NCBI GenBank assembly: GCA_951406725.2
Contig: OX597816.1
Location: 46,810,001 to 46,874,000 of the forward strand
Direction: 5' to 3'
DNA from: Octopus vulgaris
Lineage: Eukaryota
Length of the DNA stretch: 64,000 nt
Part shown: piece after piece, positions 13,801-26,077 of the stretch
How the letters are laid out: the number at the start of each line of letters is the position of its first letter
How positions within the stretch are numbered: the first letter of the stretch is position 1
Program-made: the position numbers and the translations under genes
Notes under the pieces: model-generated
Databases searched by the model: none
Told to the model about the DNA's origin: nothing
What the model saw: the letters and a program-made list of their open reading frames with translations, nothing else

Positions 13801-16800
13801 GTGTGTTGTAACACAGCGCCAATCGCAGTGTCCGATGCGTCCACAGTCAAAGAGAGAGAAGCACCAGGAACTGGATGTGCAAGCAAAGAGACAGAAGCCA
13901 GCTCCTTCTTAATGGACTCAAAGGCTGTCACTGCCTCAACAGAGAGGGTGACTTGACTGTCCTTTCTAGGAGAGTCCTTTAACAGCCTGGTGAGAGGTAG
14001 CAGCTTATCTGCACAACCGGGAATGAAGCGTCGGTAGAAATTGACCATCCCTAGATAATGCCTGAGCTGGCGCAAGGAAGTGGGGGTGCGATGCGTTGAA
14101 TGGCATCGACTTTTGACGAGAGGGGGCTGATTCCAGTCGAATCAATATGATGCCCTAGAAAATCTAGGGAAGAGCGTCCGAAAACACACTTGTCGGGGTT
14201 TATGCGTATGCTATACGCGCGAAGACGCTGGAAGAGTTGAGAAAGGTGCCGGAGATGATTTTCTCGTGTGTCGCTCGCAATGAGTATGTCATCGACATAG
14301 GCAAACACAAAATCAAGACCGCGGACAACCTCATCGATGAAACGCTGGAAGGTGCTAGTAGCATTCCGCAAACCGAAACTCATGTACAAAAACTCAAAAC
14401 ACCCAAACGGGGTAGTGATTGCAGTTTTTGGAACGTCGGCTGGGTTGACCGGTATTTGGTGGTAAGCGCGTATCAGATCGACCTTCGAAAAAATGGTACA
14501 ACCATGGAGATTTGCCGTAAAGTCCCGGAGATTTCTAATCGGATAGCGATCGGCTATTGTGACGGCATTGAGGCGTCGATAGTCTCCAACCGGGCGAAAA
14601 TCAGACTCGCCCTTTCGCGCCAAATGAAGGGGAGATGCCCATGGGCTGGTGGAGGGGCGTATAAGGCCAAGTTGAAGCATGTGCTCAAACTCGGCTCTGG
14701 CCGTTTTAAGTCGGTCTGGCGCTAGGCGCCGGGGGCGTGAGAATACAGGTGGCCCATTGGTGGTGATGAAATGGAGGGTCGAGTGGGTAGGATTTTCCGG
14801 TTTAAAGGCAATGTCCACTAGCTCCGGAAATGAAACCAAAAGAGAGTGAAAAGGGTCTCCAGAGGTGGCAACAAAGAATGTCGGGCTAAGGACCGCAGTG
14901 GTGGAACTCCCAGTCGGTGTAGAGAGCGACGTCGTGCTATCAAGAAGCCTCCGACGCCTGACATCCACCAATAGGTTAAACCTATCCAGGAAATCAGCGC
15001 CGAGAATAGGATGCGGGATGTCAGCGATGACGAAAACCCATCGAAAGTCTCGACGAAGGTTGAGGTCGAGGCGCAGCGAAATCTGACCGTAAGTGGTTAT
15101 GGGAGACGAGTCAATAGCATGCAAGACAATCGAAGAGCGCTTGGGCTTGTCTGCAGCCAGACGAAGGGGCCAGATGCTGCAACAGGAGCCGGTGTCTACC
15201 ATGAAGAATTTCTTCGACACCAGATCTTTTACATAGAATGCACGATGTTTGGGAAACGAGAGGGAAGAAGGTGACGTGCTCACCTCCTCCGGATTTAGTT
15301 TTCCGAGGGCTTGAAAGTGCACGGCTGGGTACACCGATCTGCCTTTTCGGCATATCTCAAATGGTACCAGCACCAGCCGGAACGAGAAACAGAGTCACTC
15401 CGACTGCGGGAAATAGAGCTACTGCGACTACGAGATTGGCGTCCGATCGCACGGCACAGATCATCGATCCTCCGCGTAAGCGCGTCGATGTTCTCGGCCA
15501 GTTTATCGTTCGTCGGAGGTGTCGGGGGGGGCTCTGTACATGCGTACAGGCCCCGCGAGGGAGATGGGCGCGAAAACTCCAACACTTTGTCGGCCATCGT
15601 GGCGATCTGGTCCACAGACACAGCATCCAGTGCCGTGGCCAACATTGTCTGCACGTGGGCAGGCAGCCTTGAGAAAAATATCTTACGTAAGAGCGGCGCG
15701 TCAGCGGCGTTGCCGCTTAGCTCTCTTAGATGGCGCAGAAATTGGGATGGAGTTCTGTCCCCTAACTGCTCATCGGCCATCAGTTCATTAAACTGACTTT
15801 CTTCTGAGCGCGTATTGCGATGGAGGATCTCCGCCTTTACTGACGCATATGTGGCGTCAGGATGGGGACTCACAATGAGATCCCTGACCGATGTTGCGAG
15901 CCGGGAGGGCAAACTTGAATACAGTAGATGTAACTGCTGTTGTGGCGGAATGGTATGCGCGGCAAAGTGTGATTCCACCTGTGCAAACCACAGCCCCGCA
16001 TCCCCCGTAAATGAAGGCAAACCTGAAGCCATGCCTTTGTCGGAAGGAATCTGTGAGAAGGGGGCAGAAGGTATGGTCGAGAAATGGAGAGAGAACACGT
16101 GGAACCGAGAAGGCAAATCAAAATTGTGTTTGTGTGTGCACCTCGTGGGTAGCAAAAAAAAAGGAATAAGTGTGTACAAGGAAAACAAAATACAGAAAAG
16201 GAAAAAAAAATGAATGCGTGTGTGTTTTCTTTTTTTTTTTTTTTTTTTTTTTTTTGTACTGTGTGCGATGAATAAGGTTATTTGACCCACCTCGCCGTGC
16301 TGAAAAGGAGAAAAATGAATCAAAACAAATATTAATTTTCCGTGCTCTTCGGCCCCCCAAAAACCTGTTCGCTGGGTCTTCTTCTATCCTGTTCTTTTTC
16401 TCAACTAGGGGTCACCAATTGTAACGTGTAAGGATCTATCACCGAAGCACTGGAAGGGTGTCGAGATCCTTTCTAGTCACATACAAAATTCTTGCAGAAA
16501 ACAAACAGACGAAACTCAGGTTAAGGTGAACAGACAACTTGGTTTATTGATTCATGGTTGTACGTTGTCTGATGGGGGAATAGACAGCCTCTGATATTCT
16601 GCTGGTGTTGGTCGTTGAGGTTGGTTGAAGTTGGTGGAAGCTGGTGTGTGGCTGTCAGAGCCAGGAAAACCGTGACCGATCGCAGTGCTGTCTTGAGCCG
16701 AAGAGGGAGATTTGAGGTTTTCGCGGGCTCGAGAGATGTTTTCCCGCACATGCGCATGGGGAAGACTTCCGGTGGCCACCCGGAAGTAGTCCCATTCTGC

Positions 16801-19800
16801 GCATGCGTGCCGAACCCTACACAGTAGCATCACTACAACACCTTTCTCAAAAGGAATTCAGCCACTTTGCCTCTGTGAGGCCCAACACTTGAAAGGTGCT
16901 TATTACGTGCCACCAGTACAGGTGCCAGTCATGTGACACCAGTATTAGCCATGACTATGATTTCACTTGGCTTGCTGGGTTTTCTCAAGCACAGCATATT
17001 ACTAAAAGTCTCAGTCACTGGTCATTGACTCTGTGAGGCTCAAAGTTCGAAGATCATGCTTCACCACTTCATCCCATGTCTTCCTGGGTCTACCTCTACC
17101 ACAGGTTCCCTCTGCAGTTAGAGATCGGCACTTCTTTACAGAGCTAGCTGTCCTCATCCATATAAGTGACTGTCCTTAAAGATGGTAAGTACCCAGCATC
17201 ACCACAGTTGAAAGACAAATTAATAAAAGATTATTTTTTAAAATCAACTTTTACAAGAACAATAAAGGATTTTTCAGTCAGAAGAATAGAATTTACTTAC
17301 TCTCTATTTCCTTTTGTAGCTGTAAACAACTTCTTAATCTTAGACTGTGCTTCACGATAGCTTAACCGGTGGTTAAACTGTAACAAGAGCTGTTCTGCAA
17401 ATTTATGACCAGCTCCATAGATCCGGCTATAGTTGAAAACCTGAAACAGCCAACAACAATGACAAATATTAAGACACTTCGTATTTACTTAAAAATTGTT
17501 AGTGCTAGTCAGTTTTTAAAATGCACACTGAGTTGAGAGCCACAACAGGAGTACTGCTCCTATATCTGAGATATTGAAACAGCTAGGTATGCATATGCAC
17601 ACACACACACAAGTCATTCTAGAATACATTAACAAAGGTCACCCAACTGATTGGTATGAAGTTGCTCACTGACAAATTCCTGCTTCTGTCCAATGGAAAT
17701 GCTGTCTTCTCTTTCTGCTTTTTCTATAACATTAACTACAGTGACCAACACTCCTCTGAGTTGACCTGTTTTGATACCACACCCAATTCATTTGCCTGTC
17801 TATCTCACATCATTCATCTTGTTTTCATTACATCAAGGCCCACACTAACTGACTACATTTCCAGAACATCAGCTCTCTGGAATTCCCTCTCTGCATATGT
17901 TTTTCGTTGCAGTTGTTGATTTGAAACTTTTCGAGAGGAACATTTTGCCAATTTCACCAGTCTCTAAAGGCATGTAAAGGACACACGAATCTCTAAAGGC
18001 ATGCAAAGGCGCAATGGCCCAGTGGTTAGGGCAGCAGACTCACAGTCATAGGATCACAGTTTCGATTCCCAGATTGGGCATTGTGAGTGTTTATTGAGTG
18101 AAAACACCTAAAGCTCCATGAGGCTCCAACAGGGGGTGGTGGCGATCCCTGCTGTACTCTTTCGCCACCACTTTCTCTCACTCTTTCTTTTGTTGGCCTG
18201 CTCGCTTAGCCAGCAGGGTGGCATCATTTTCAGGCTAAAACAATGTGAAGCGCATTGTGACCAGTGATGCGTAGCAACATCTGATAACCTGGCCTGTCAT
18301 GGTAATCACAGTGATATATATATATATATTTACCCTTTCCTGCTTGAATGGGTCAGGCAGAATTTGTTGAGGTAGATTTTCTATAGCTGGACTATCTTTA
18401 AAAAAAATGTAAAAATCTGAAATTTAAAGAAAAAATATGGATAAAAATGATGCATTACCTTGGCATGGTCTCGGCTGATACCAACCAATTCTGCAGTTTT
18501 GCTGTGCATGTCTGTTCCTTCAGATTTTTTACCTTGCAGTGTCATCCAACTTAAGGCAGTGCAGCCTACAAACAGTGAAGAATAGTTAAAGATAGGAGAT
18601 TCAAGCCTAAAAATGTCACTTTAAGCGTCCTGATTTTTAGAGTATACTCATTAGTCATCATAGATACTTTTATGGTATAAGCCTACTTGATAAGGGTTGG
18701 CATGGCTATGAAACAGGTGATTTATAGTAAGACATAAAAAGCTTCATCATAGATACTTTTATGATATAAGTTTATTCTTATGACACAAGGATGTTTGCAA
18801 AAGGGATATGAAGGCCTGCAACATCAATATTAGCAACTGAGAAGCAGTTGCCAGCAACGGTGGAGATTGGCGAACACAAAGGAGTGACAGAGAGAGAGAG
18901 AGAGGAGAAATGGAAGGACAAGAAAAGACGTCAACAAGAAACTATGACATTATATAATATAATATAATGAAATTATTGTATACAGTGCTCAGGTGCATCA
19001 CAACTTGTCAGAAAGTGCATATAAAGTATATATTACAACCAGCCAGGCAAAGTCTTTGCTACATTTGCAGCACCTGCCAGAGGGAGTGTTTGTCCCGGAT
19101 AGGACTACACCGCCACAGCAGGAAATGTATTAGGACATGAAATGTAAAAGCCGGACTAGATTATTTTATGCGCAACTCCATTGTCTCCCAAGACAAAAAT
19201 GATGCCAACAGAAGTTTATTTGATAAGGATTGGTAGGGCTATGAAACAAAGTTAATCATAATAATATTCTGATAGGCACAGGCATGGCTGTTTGGATATA
19301 GAGTTGTTTCAAGTTCTATCTCACTGCGTGATACCACAAATGAGTGTTTCTCTACAATAGCTTCGAGTTGACCAATGCTTTGAGAGTGGTATCAGTAGAT
19401 GGAAACAGTATGGAAGACCAGTAGAATAAAGGAATCATTTTCTCAAAAACAGGTAAGGATTGGTGACTGGAAGGGTATTCAGCCATAAAATGCTACTTCA
19501 AATAAGTCTCCATCCAACCCATGCAACCATGGAAAACTAGACATAAAATGAACAAAGAAACATGTTAAAATATTGACATGTAATTAATTATGAAATACCA
19601 TTATTTGTTTAGTTCTTCGAGACATAATACAGAAAAGAAAGAACAAAAGAACTCAACAAATTGCTCTTACCATGCAACTGAGTGAAAAAGGAATCACCAA
19701 TTAGAGATGCTAACCACAGCTCCTGAGAATCCACATCAGCACCAACAAAGCAATACCCAGGTGGTGATTGCACCATTCCTTTTAGTTCACTTCCAATACG

Positions 19801-22800
19801 ATCTTTCTGAAACATTTAAATGAGAACTAAATTCATTAGTAGCAAGTTATTTTTCCTAACGATTTCAAGGATATAATTTTGAAAAACAACTCTGGATCAT
19901 AAAAAATAATCAATGCTGACTAGTATAAAGACATCCTTCTTATACCAGCCCACTGTGAACACCTCTGAGTCTATGATACACACTTTCTGCTTTAAAGTGA
20001 CCATAGTTAAAACCTTCCATCAAAATGCCATATCAGTTTATGTTCCAGATACAAAGTTATTTAACTAAATTCTTCATTATTTTCAGAAGTAATTGAAACA
20101 AAGGCAATGTATTTCAACAGAAATGTAGTAACAAAAGGGTTAAATACAACAGATTTAGCAACTTAAGGCGATCTAGCCTTAAATACAATAGATCTAGCAA
20201 CTTATAAGGCAGTGAGCTGGCAGAAACGTCAGCACGCCGGGTGAAATGCGTAGCCATATTTTGTCTGCCGTTACGTTCTGAGTTCAAATTCCGCCGAGGT
20301 CGACTTTGCCTTTCGTCCTTTCGGGGTCGATTAAATAAGTACCAGTTACACACTGGGATCGATATAATCAACTTAATCCGTTTGTCTGTCCTTGTTTGTC
20401 CTCTCTGTGTTTAGTAAAGAAATAGGTATTTCGTCTGCTGCTATGTTCTGAGTTCAAATTCTGCTGAGTTTGACTTTGCCTTTCATCCTTTCAGGGTCAA
20501 TTAAATAAGTACCAGTTACGCACTGGGGTCGATATAATCGACTTAATCCGTTTGTCTGTTCTTGTTTGTCCCCTCTGTATGTAGCCCCTTGTGAGCAGTA
20601 AAGGAATAAGATCTAGCAACTTAACATCAAAACTATACATTCTAACAGGCCAAGAGTTGTAATATGTCTAGTCTGTGATATTTATCTTTCAATGCCTTCA
20701 AATCCATATTCATTCTCATTGGTGAAGGTATGGCTGTATGGTTAAGAAGATTACTTCACAACCACATGGTTTCCGACTCATCTCTGCTGCATGGCACTGT
20801 GAATCCTTAAGCACCCTAATGCTTTGTGAATGAAACTCATGCTCACTCTCATGTAATATGAAGTGATAATGTATCTTCTCTACAGCAAGAAATCTCTTCT
20901 TGTCCTTTCTATCACACCTCTTAACACCTAGTATATAACTGCCTCCTTCTCTACTGCACGCTCACTCAGGAGTGTCTTTAGTCTTGCTAGTTACATGGTA
21001 ACTGTTGTGATTTTAGTTTTGATCATGTGATTTTGATTGTCTCGATTGCTGTTATATGCCTGCAGTGCGACTGCGCGGAGTTCTGTTCTGTTAGCGGCAC
21101 GATGTGTTCAGTGTTGATTTTAGTTAGTCGAGAATGTAGCAACTCGCTGCATAAAAATGTTATTGCGTTGACGTTTGGGTTTATAGCAATTTAATCAACT
21201 AACTATAGCTACAGAGAGAGAACATCAGCAAATTTATAAAACCAAACTTGTTCACCGCTGATCTAAGTTTGAGTCAAGCTTCAAAAGAATGGAAATATTG
21301 GTTCGGAACTTTAAAAAATTTTTTAGAATCCTTTCCTGCTGAACCACCTATCAAAGATGAAAGCAAACTTAGGTGTTTAATAGCACACATAGATAAAGAT
21401 GTTCACAAACTCGTAAGTGAATGTAAGAATTACTCAGAAGCAATTAAAACTCTGAGAGACTGTGAAACCTTTTAAACTTTGATATTCGAGTTTGGGTTTA
21501 TAACAGTGACCTCACTAATGCTGGTGCAATGAAAACAGCAACCAGTACATTCAATAAGATGGTTGGCATTAGGAAGAGCATCTTGCCATAGAAACCATGT
21601 TAAAGTAGACAGTGAAGCATTATGCGATCCTCCAGCTTGTCACACCCTGTTGAACCATCCAGCCCATGACAGCATAGTATATGGATATTGCAAGACAATA
21701 ATAATGATGATAAATACATATACATACACGTGTGTGTGTGTCTTGATATTGTTGATATAAGGCGGCAAGCTGGCAGAAACGTTAGCACGCCGGGCGAAAT
21801 GCGTAGCCGTATTTCGTCTGCCGTTAGGTTCCGAGTTCAAATTCCGCCAAGGTCGACTTTGCTTTTCATCCTTTCGGGGTCGATAAATTAAGTACCAGTT
21901 ACGCACTGGGGTCGATATAATTGACTTAATCCCTTTGTCTGTCCTTGTTTGTCCTCTCTCTGTTTAGCCCCTTGTGGGTAGTAAAGAAATAGGTATTGTT
22001 GATGTTGAAGTGTAAAAAACCAGTATCAATGCTTAGGTAGCAATGTCATTATTGGTGTCTGCCACCAAAGCATATCCAGCTGTTGAGCAGTTCATCACAT
22101 GAAAGACCGAGCAAATAAGTATCTTACTAGTAAACAAGTAAGGGCTGGCAAAAGGATGGACACCTGGCTTTAGAATACTGCCTGAGCAGGTTTCATCCAA
22201 CACATGCCAGCATGGAAACAACAACATAAAACGGATGAAGAAGATGATGATGATTAAAACAAGAAGCCACTACTTGTAAAATGAAATCAAAAGATACATA
22301 CATAAGCGTTGCTGGCTGTCAGCCACGTTGGTTCAACAGCACGTCGAGTAACGGTACCGGCTGGAACAATCCGAGGTACAATGGCACCATACTGCTTAAT
22401 AACTGAATACTCTTTGTTCCTTTAATGAACATATAAAATTTTAAAAATCAATTAAAAGCAGAAATATAATAACAGTAGTTTGTTTCAAAGGAAATCGTCT
22501 TGCTCCAAAAAAAAATAATAAATAAATAAGGGTTGGGGAGGCTGAGTGGTGGGGAACTACTGGCTACTACTAGTTGAAAATATGAGGTCAAACTCTGCAC
22601 TGGGCAAGACATAAAGAGCTTCACTTTCTTTTTTTATCAATGTAATTCAATTCAATAATAGAGCTTGATATTAACCACAGATCTGGAATCAAAATGATAA
22701 TGACTCTGAAATTCATGTACAATCTTGCTGTAGCTTACTCTCTTTACTCTTACTTGTTTCAGTCATTTGACTGTGGCCATGCTGGAGCAACACCTTTAGT

Positions 22801-25800
22801 CGAGCACCTCAACTCCAGGACTTATTCTTTGTAAGCCTAGTACTTTTTCTATCGGTCTCTTTTGCCGAACCACTAAGTTACAGGGACGTAAACACACCAG
22901 CATCGGTTGTCAAGCGATGTTGGGGGGACAAACACAGACACACACACATATATATACATATGACGGGCCTCTTTCAGTTTCCGTCTACCAAATCCATTCA
23001 CAAGGCTTTGGTCGGCCCAAGGCTATAGTAGTAGACACTTGCCCAAGGTGCCACGCAGTGGGACTGAACCCGGAACCATGTGGTTCGTAAGGAAGCTACT
23101 TACCACACAGCCACTCCTACACCTATTTTTCAATAAATGTATTTTCTAATTATTGAAGGTTAAATTAAACCTGTAGATAATATATATGATAAAAAGAGAA
23201 GAGCAATGTCTATAGATCCTCATTTAAACATCTCAAATTATTATGGCAAAAACAGAGTGATAGATTAAGTACCAAACTTTAAGATATGTACAAGGGTCAC
23301 TTTGATCAACTAAACCCTTCAAGGCAGTGCCCCATCATGGCAATAGTCTGGTGAGAAAAGAGTATGTATATATTTAATGGCTCTTGTGTTAATTTTAGAA
23401 AATGAGGGTTATAGCTGTTTGATAAGAGAAGGACTGAGGACTTGATGGGGGTGCTGGGGTTGGAGGAATCAGTGGAACGGCTGGCAAGGGAGAATGGAGT
23501 GCGGTGGTACGAGCATGTGTTGAGGAGGGATGAGGAGCATGTTCTGGAGAGGGTGCTAGAGTTTGAGGTGAATGGATGGCAAAAGCAAGGTAGCCCAAAG
23601 AAAATGTGGAAGGGACAGGTGGAGGGGGAGATTGGGAGTGTTGGCTTGAGAAGGGAGGATGCCCAAAACTGAGCAAGATGGCAAGATGGTGTGAGGGTGG
23701 TTGTTATGGCATTGTGGTAGATCCTGCCACCCCGGTTAACAGGAACAAAACCTGGATTCAAAATGATGGATGGATGGATATGGACTAGTTGATTTTATAC
23801 ACACACATAAATAAAGACATCTACTGGAGAGGACTAAGCTAAAAAAATAAATAAATAAATAAATTTTTAAAAGACAGAACAAACCCCAGAAGTCAAACTA
23901 TACATATACTGCTAGTGATTACACCAAGTGGAATCTGAACAAATCTCTATATATATAAAGCTGAAGTTGTCTGTGTATGGCAGGTTTGGTAGCCTTCAAC
24001 TAACACTATCTCCTCCAAGACCCTGTGGCACAAGTTGATCAAAATTGAGAGTATGATAGAAGAAGGCTTGCTCTTCCTTCCATAGAAGAAAAAATTCAAA
24101 TCGGACCATGTTAACACCAAAAATTATTTACATCAAAAAGGTACTTTTTTTCTATGAAAATCCCTATTTTTTAATGATTTTTTTGACTGCTGTGTCATCA
24201 TTTTTCGGTGTATTTCAACCAGAAAAATGTTCACTTAATGAGAATAACAAGCTACATAATGCAAAATTTTTACTTTTCAAAAATTCCAATTCTAAAGAGT
24301 CGAAAAGAAAACAAGCCCAAGCAACGCTGGGCTATACTGCTAGTTCAATTATAAAAAGAAGACTGAAAATGTTTCACTAGTTTCTTAACTACACAGGTAT
24401 GCCTGTGTAATTAAAACAAAATACAATTTGGTAGAGACCTACCTAATGACTGCAGGAGGAAGTTCGCTGTGCTTTGCCCAAACAACCATTTGTGACCTAA
24501 AAAGCCAAAAGCAAAAAATTATAACAATTTGTATTCCCTTTTCCACAGAAGAGTTCTTAGACAAGTTCTTTTGGTAGATTTATAATGAGAATTGAAAGAA
24601 TATAACATTTCTTCTTCCAAGAGAGAGAGAGAGAGAGAGAATATAGGGAAATGTCATGAATATATAAGTAGATGGTTCTAATAGAGCACTATTTTTCACA
24701 GTTTTTCCAATTTTAAATGGAATGCAAATTGCTCCACCAAACTTGCTTGATGCATAGTCCTCAGGACCAAGTTCTCTCAAGAAGCATCAAACCTCAACAA
24801 ATATTGGAACAAGAATATGTAGATTAAAATTTTATTATTTTATAAAGACAAACTTTATTACATTTTTTTTCTATTAATGACATTTTCTAAATAGTTAGAG
24901 GTAACTGACATAACAGTATTTTCATTCATCTCCCATTATTGGTGAATTTGATTTGTGAAACTAAATTTTCTTGGATTTGTTGTAATTATTTTCCCCAACT
25001 CTTCTCTGCTCTGTCACTTCATCTACTACCATACAATCTACAACTGCGAGATACCTCCTTTGAAAAGTGTATGAGTACCGTTCATAGGCTGATATGTAAG
25101 ACAGGTGGTTACACATAGTCAGGTGTAACCTATAATTAAACAACAATAAAGCCAGTAATTACACTGTTAACTCCTAAATTAATTAAATATAAATTATTCA
25201 ATGGTTCAAAAATAAATTTATTTACTCAATTCTTTTCTGGTTATTCTTCCAGTAAGAGCACAACTTGCTAATAAGGAGCACAGCATTAGCATAATCACCA
25301 CCAGCAGAAGCCCTTAATGTGCCATCTGTAACTTTGTTTAAGTAATCCTTTGCCAATATATTTCCCACTCTTTTATTCTTACCATCCTATGTACACAAAA
25401 GAAAGAAACCAATGATAAGGACAAAAAATATTTAACCAATGAAGAAAAAACAAAAGTGAAACAGCCAAGGTTGTATGAGCAAATGAGGGAGCTTATACAT
25501 AGTTGCTTGACATGTTAGAAAAAATGCAATCAGATCTCCCTCAAATCACATTTTATTGTTTTAAATAAAGGATACATTGGACATTTTTTTTTTCCAAAAA
25601 AGATGACAGGTAAAGTTGACTTCAGCAGGATTTGAACTCAGAGTGACCAGAGTGCCTAAATTCTGCCACATAAAAAAAGCACTGGTGATGGTGTCATGTA
25701 AAAAGCACTCAGTACATGCTGTAAAGTGGATGGCATTAGGAAGATTACCTAGCTGTAGAAACCAAGCCAAAACAGATTATGAAACCTGGTGTGGCCTTGC

Positions 25801-26045
25801 CAGCTCCAGTCAAGCTGTGCAACCCATGCCAGAATGGAAAATGGATGTTGAATGATGATATTGTGACCGCGTGTGTATCGTTGGCGATTTTTTTTCCTCT
25901 GTATTCCCTTCCTTGGATCTTTCCTTTTCCTATGTTTCTGACGAAGAGCTCTGCTCGAAACATTAAATCCTCCTTTCTTTCCTTAGCATCCAATAACACT
26001 ATACTTGTTCCACGTCCTCGTGTTGTTGTGTTTTCATGTTTGGAT

Positions 26046-26077
<32 letters not shown>

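Larger units (their letters stand above)
11525..16837 (-). mobile_element. Full-length Ty3/Gypsy LTR retrotransposon, CsRn1-like
   Basis: TG...CA LTRs, ACAC 4-bp TSD (11521-11524, 16838-16841), tRNA-Trp-type PBS, PPT, gag with CHCC motif, pol order PR-RT-RH-IN. Confidence 0.97.

Noticed and set aside
12186-16213. Plus-strand ORFs antisense to gag-pol
   Set aside because: Expected by-products of GC-rich coding DNA; no motifs.
16033-16323. N-terminal extension of the gag ORF (poly-Lys, hydrophobic stretch)
   Set aside because: It comes from the A-tract and low-complexity leader; Gag-like sequence starts at MASG (16032).
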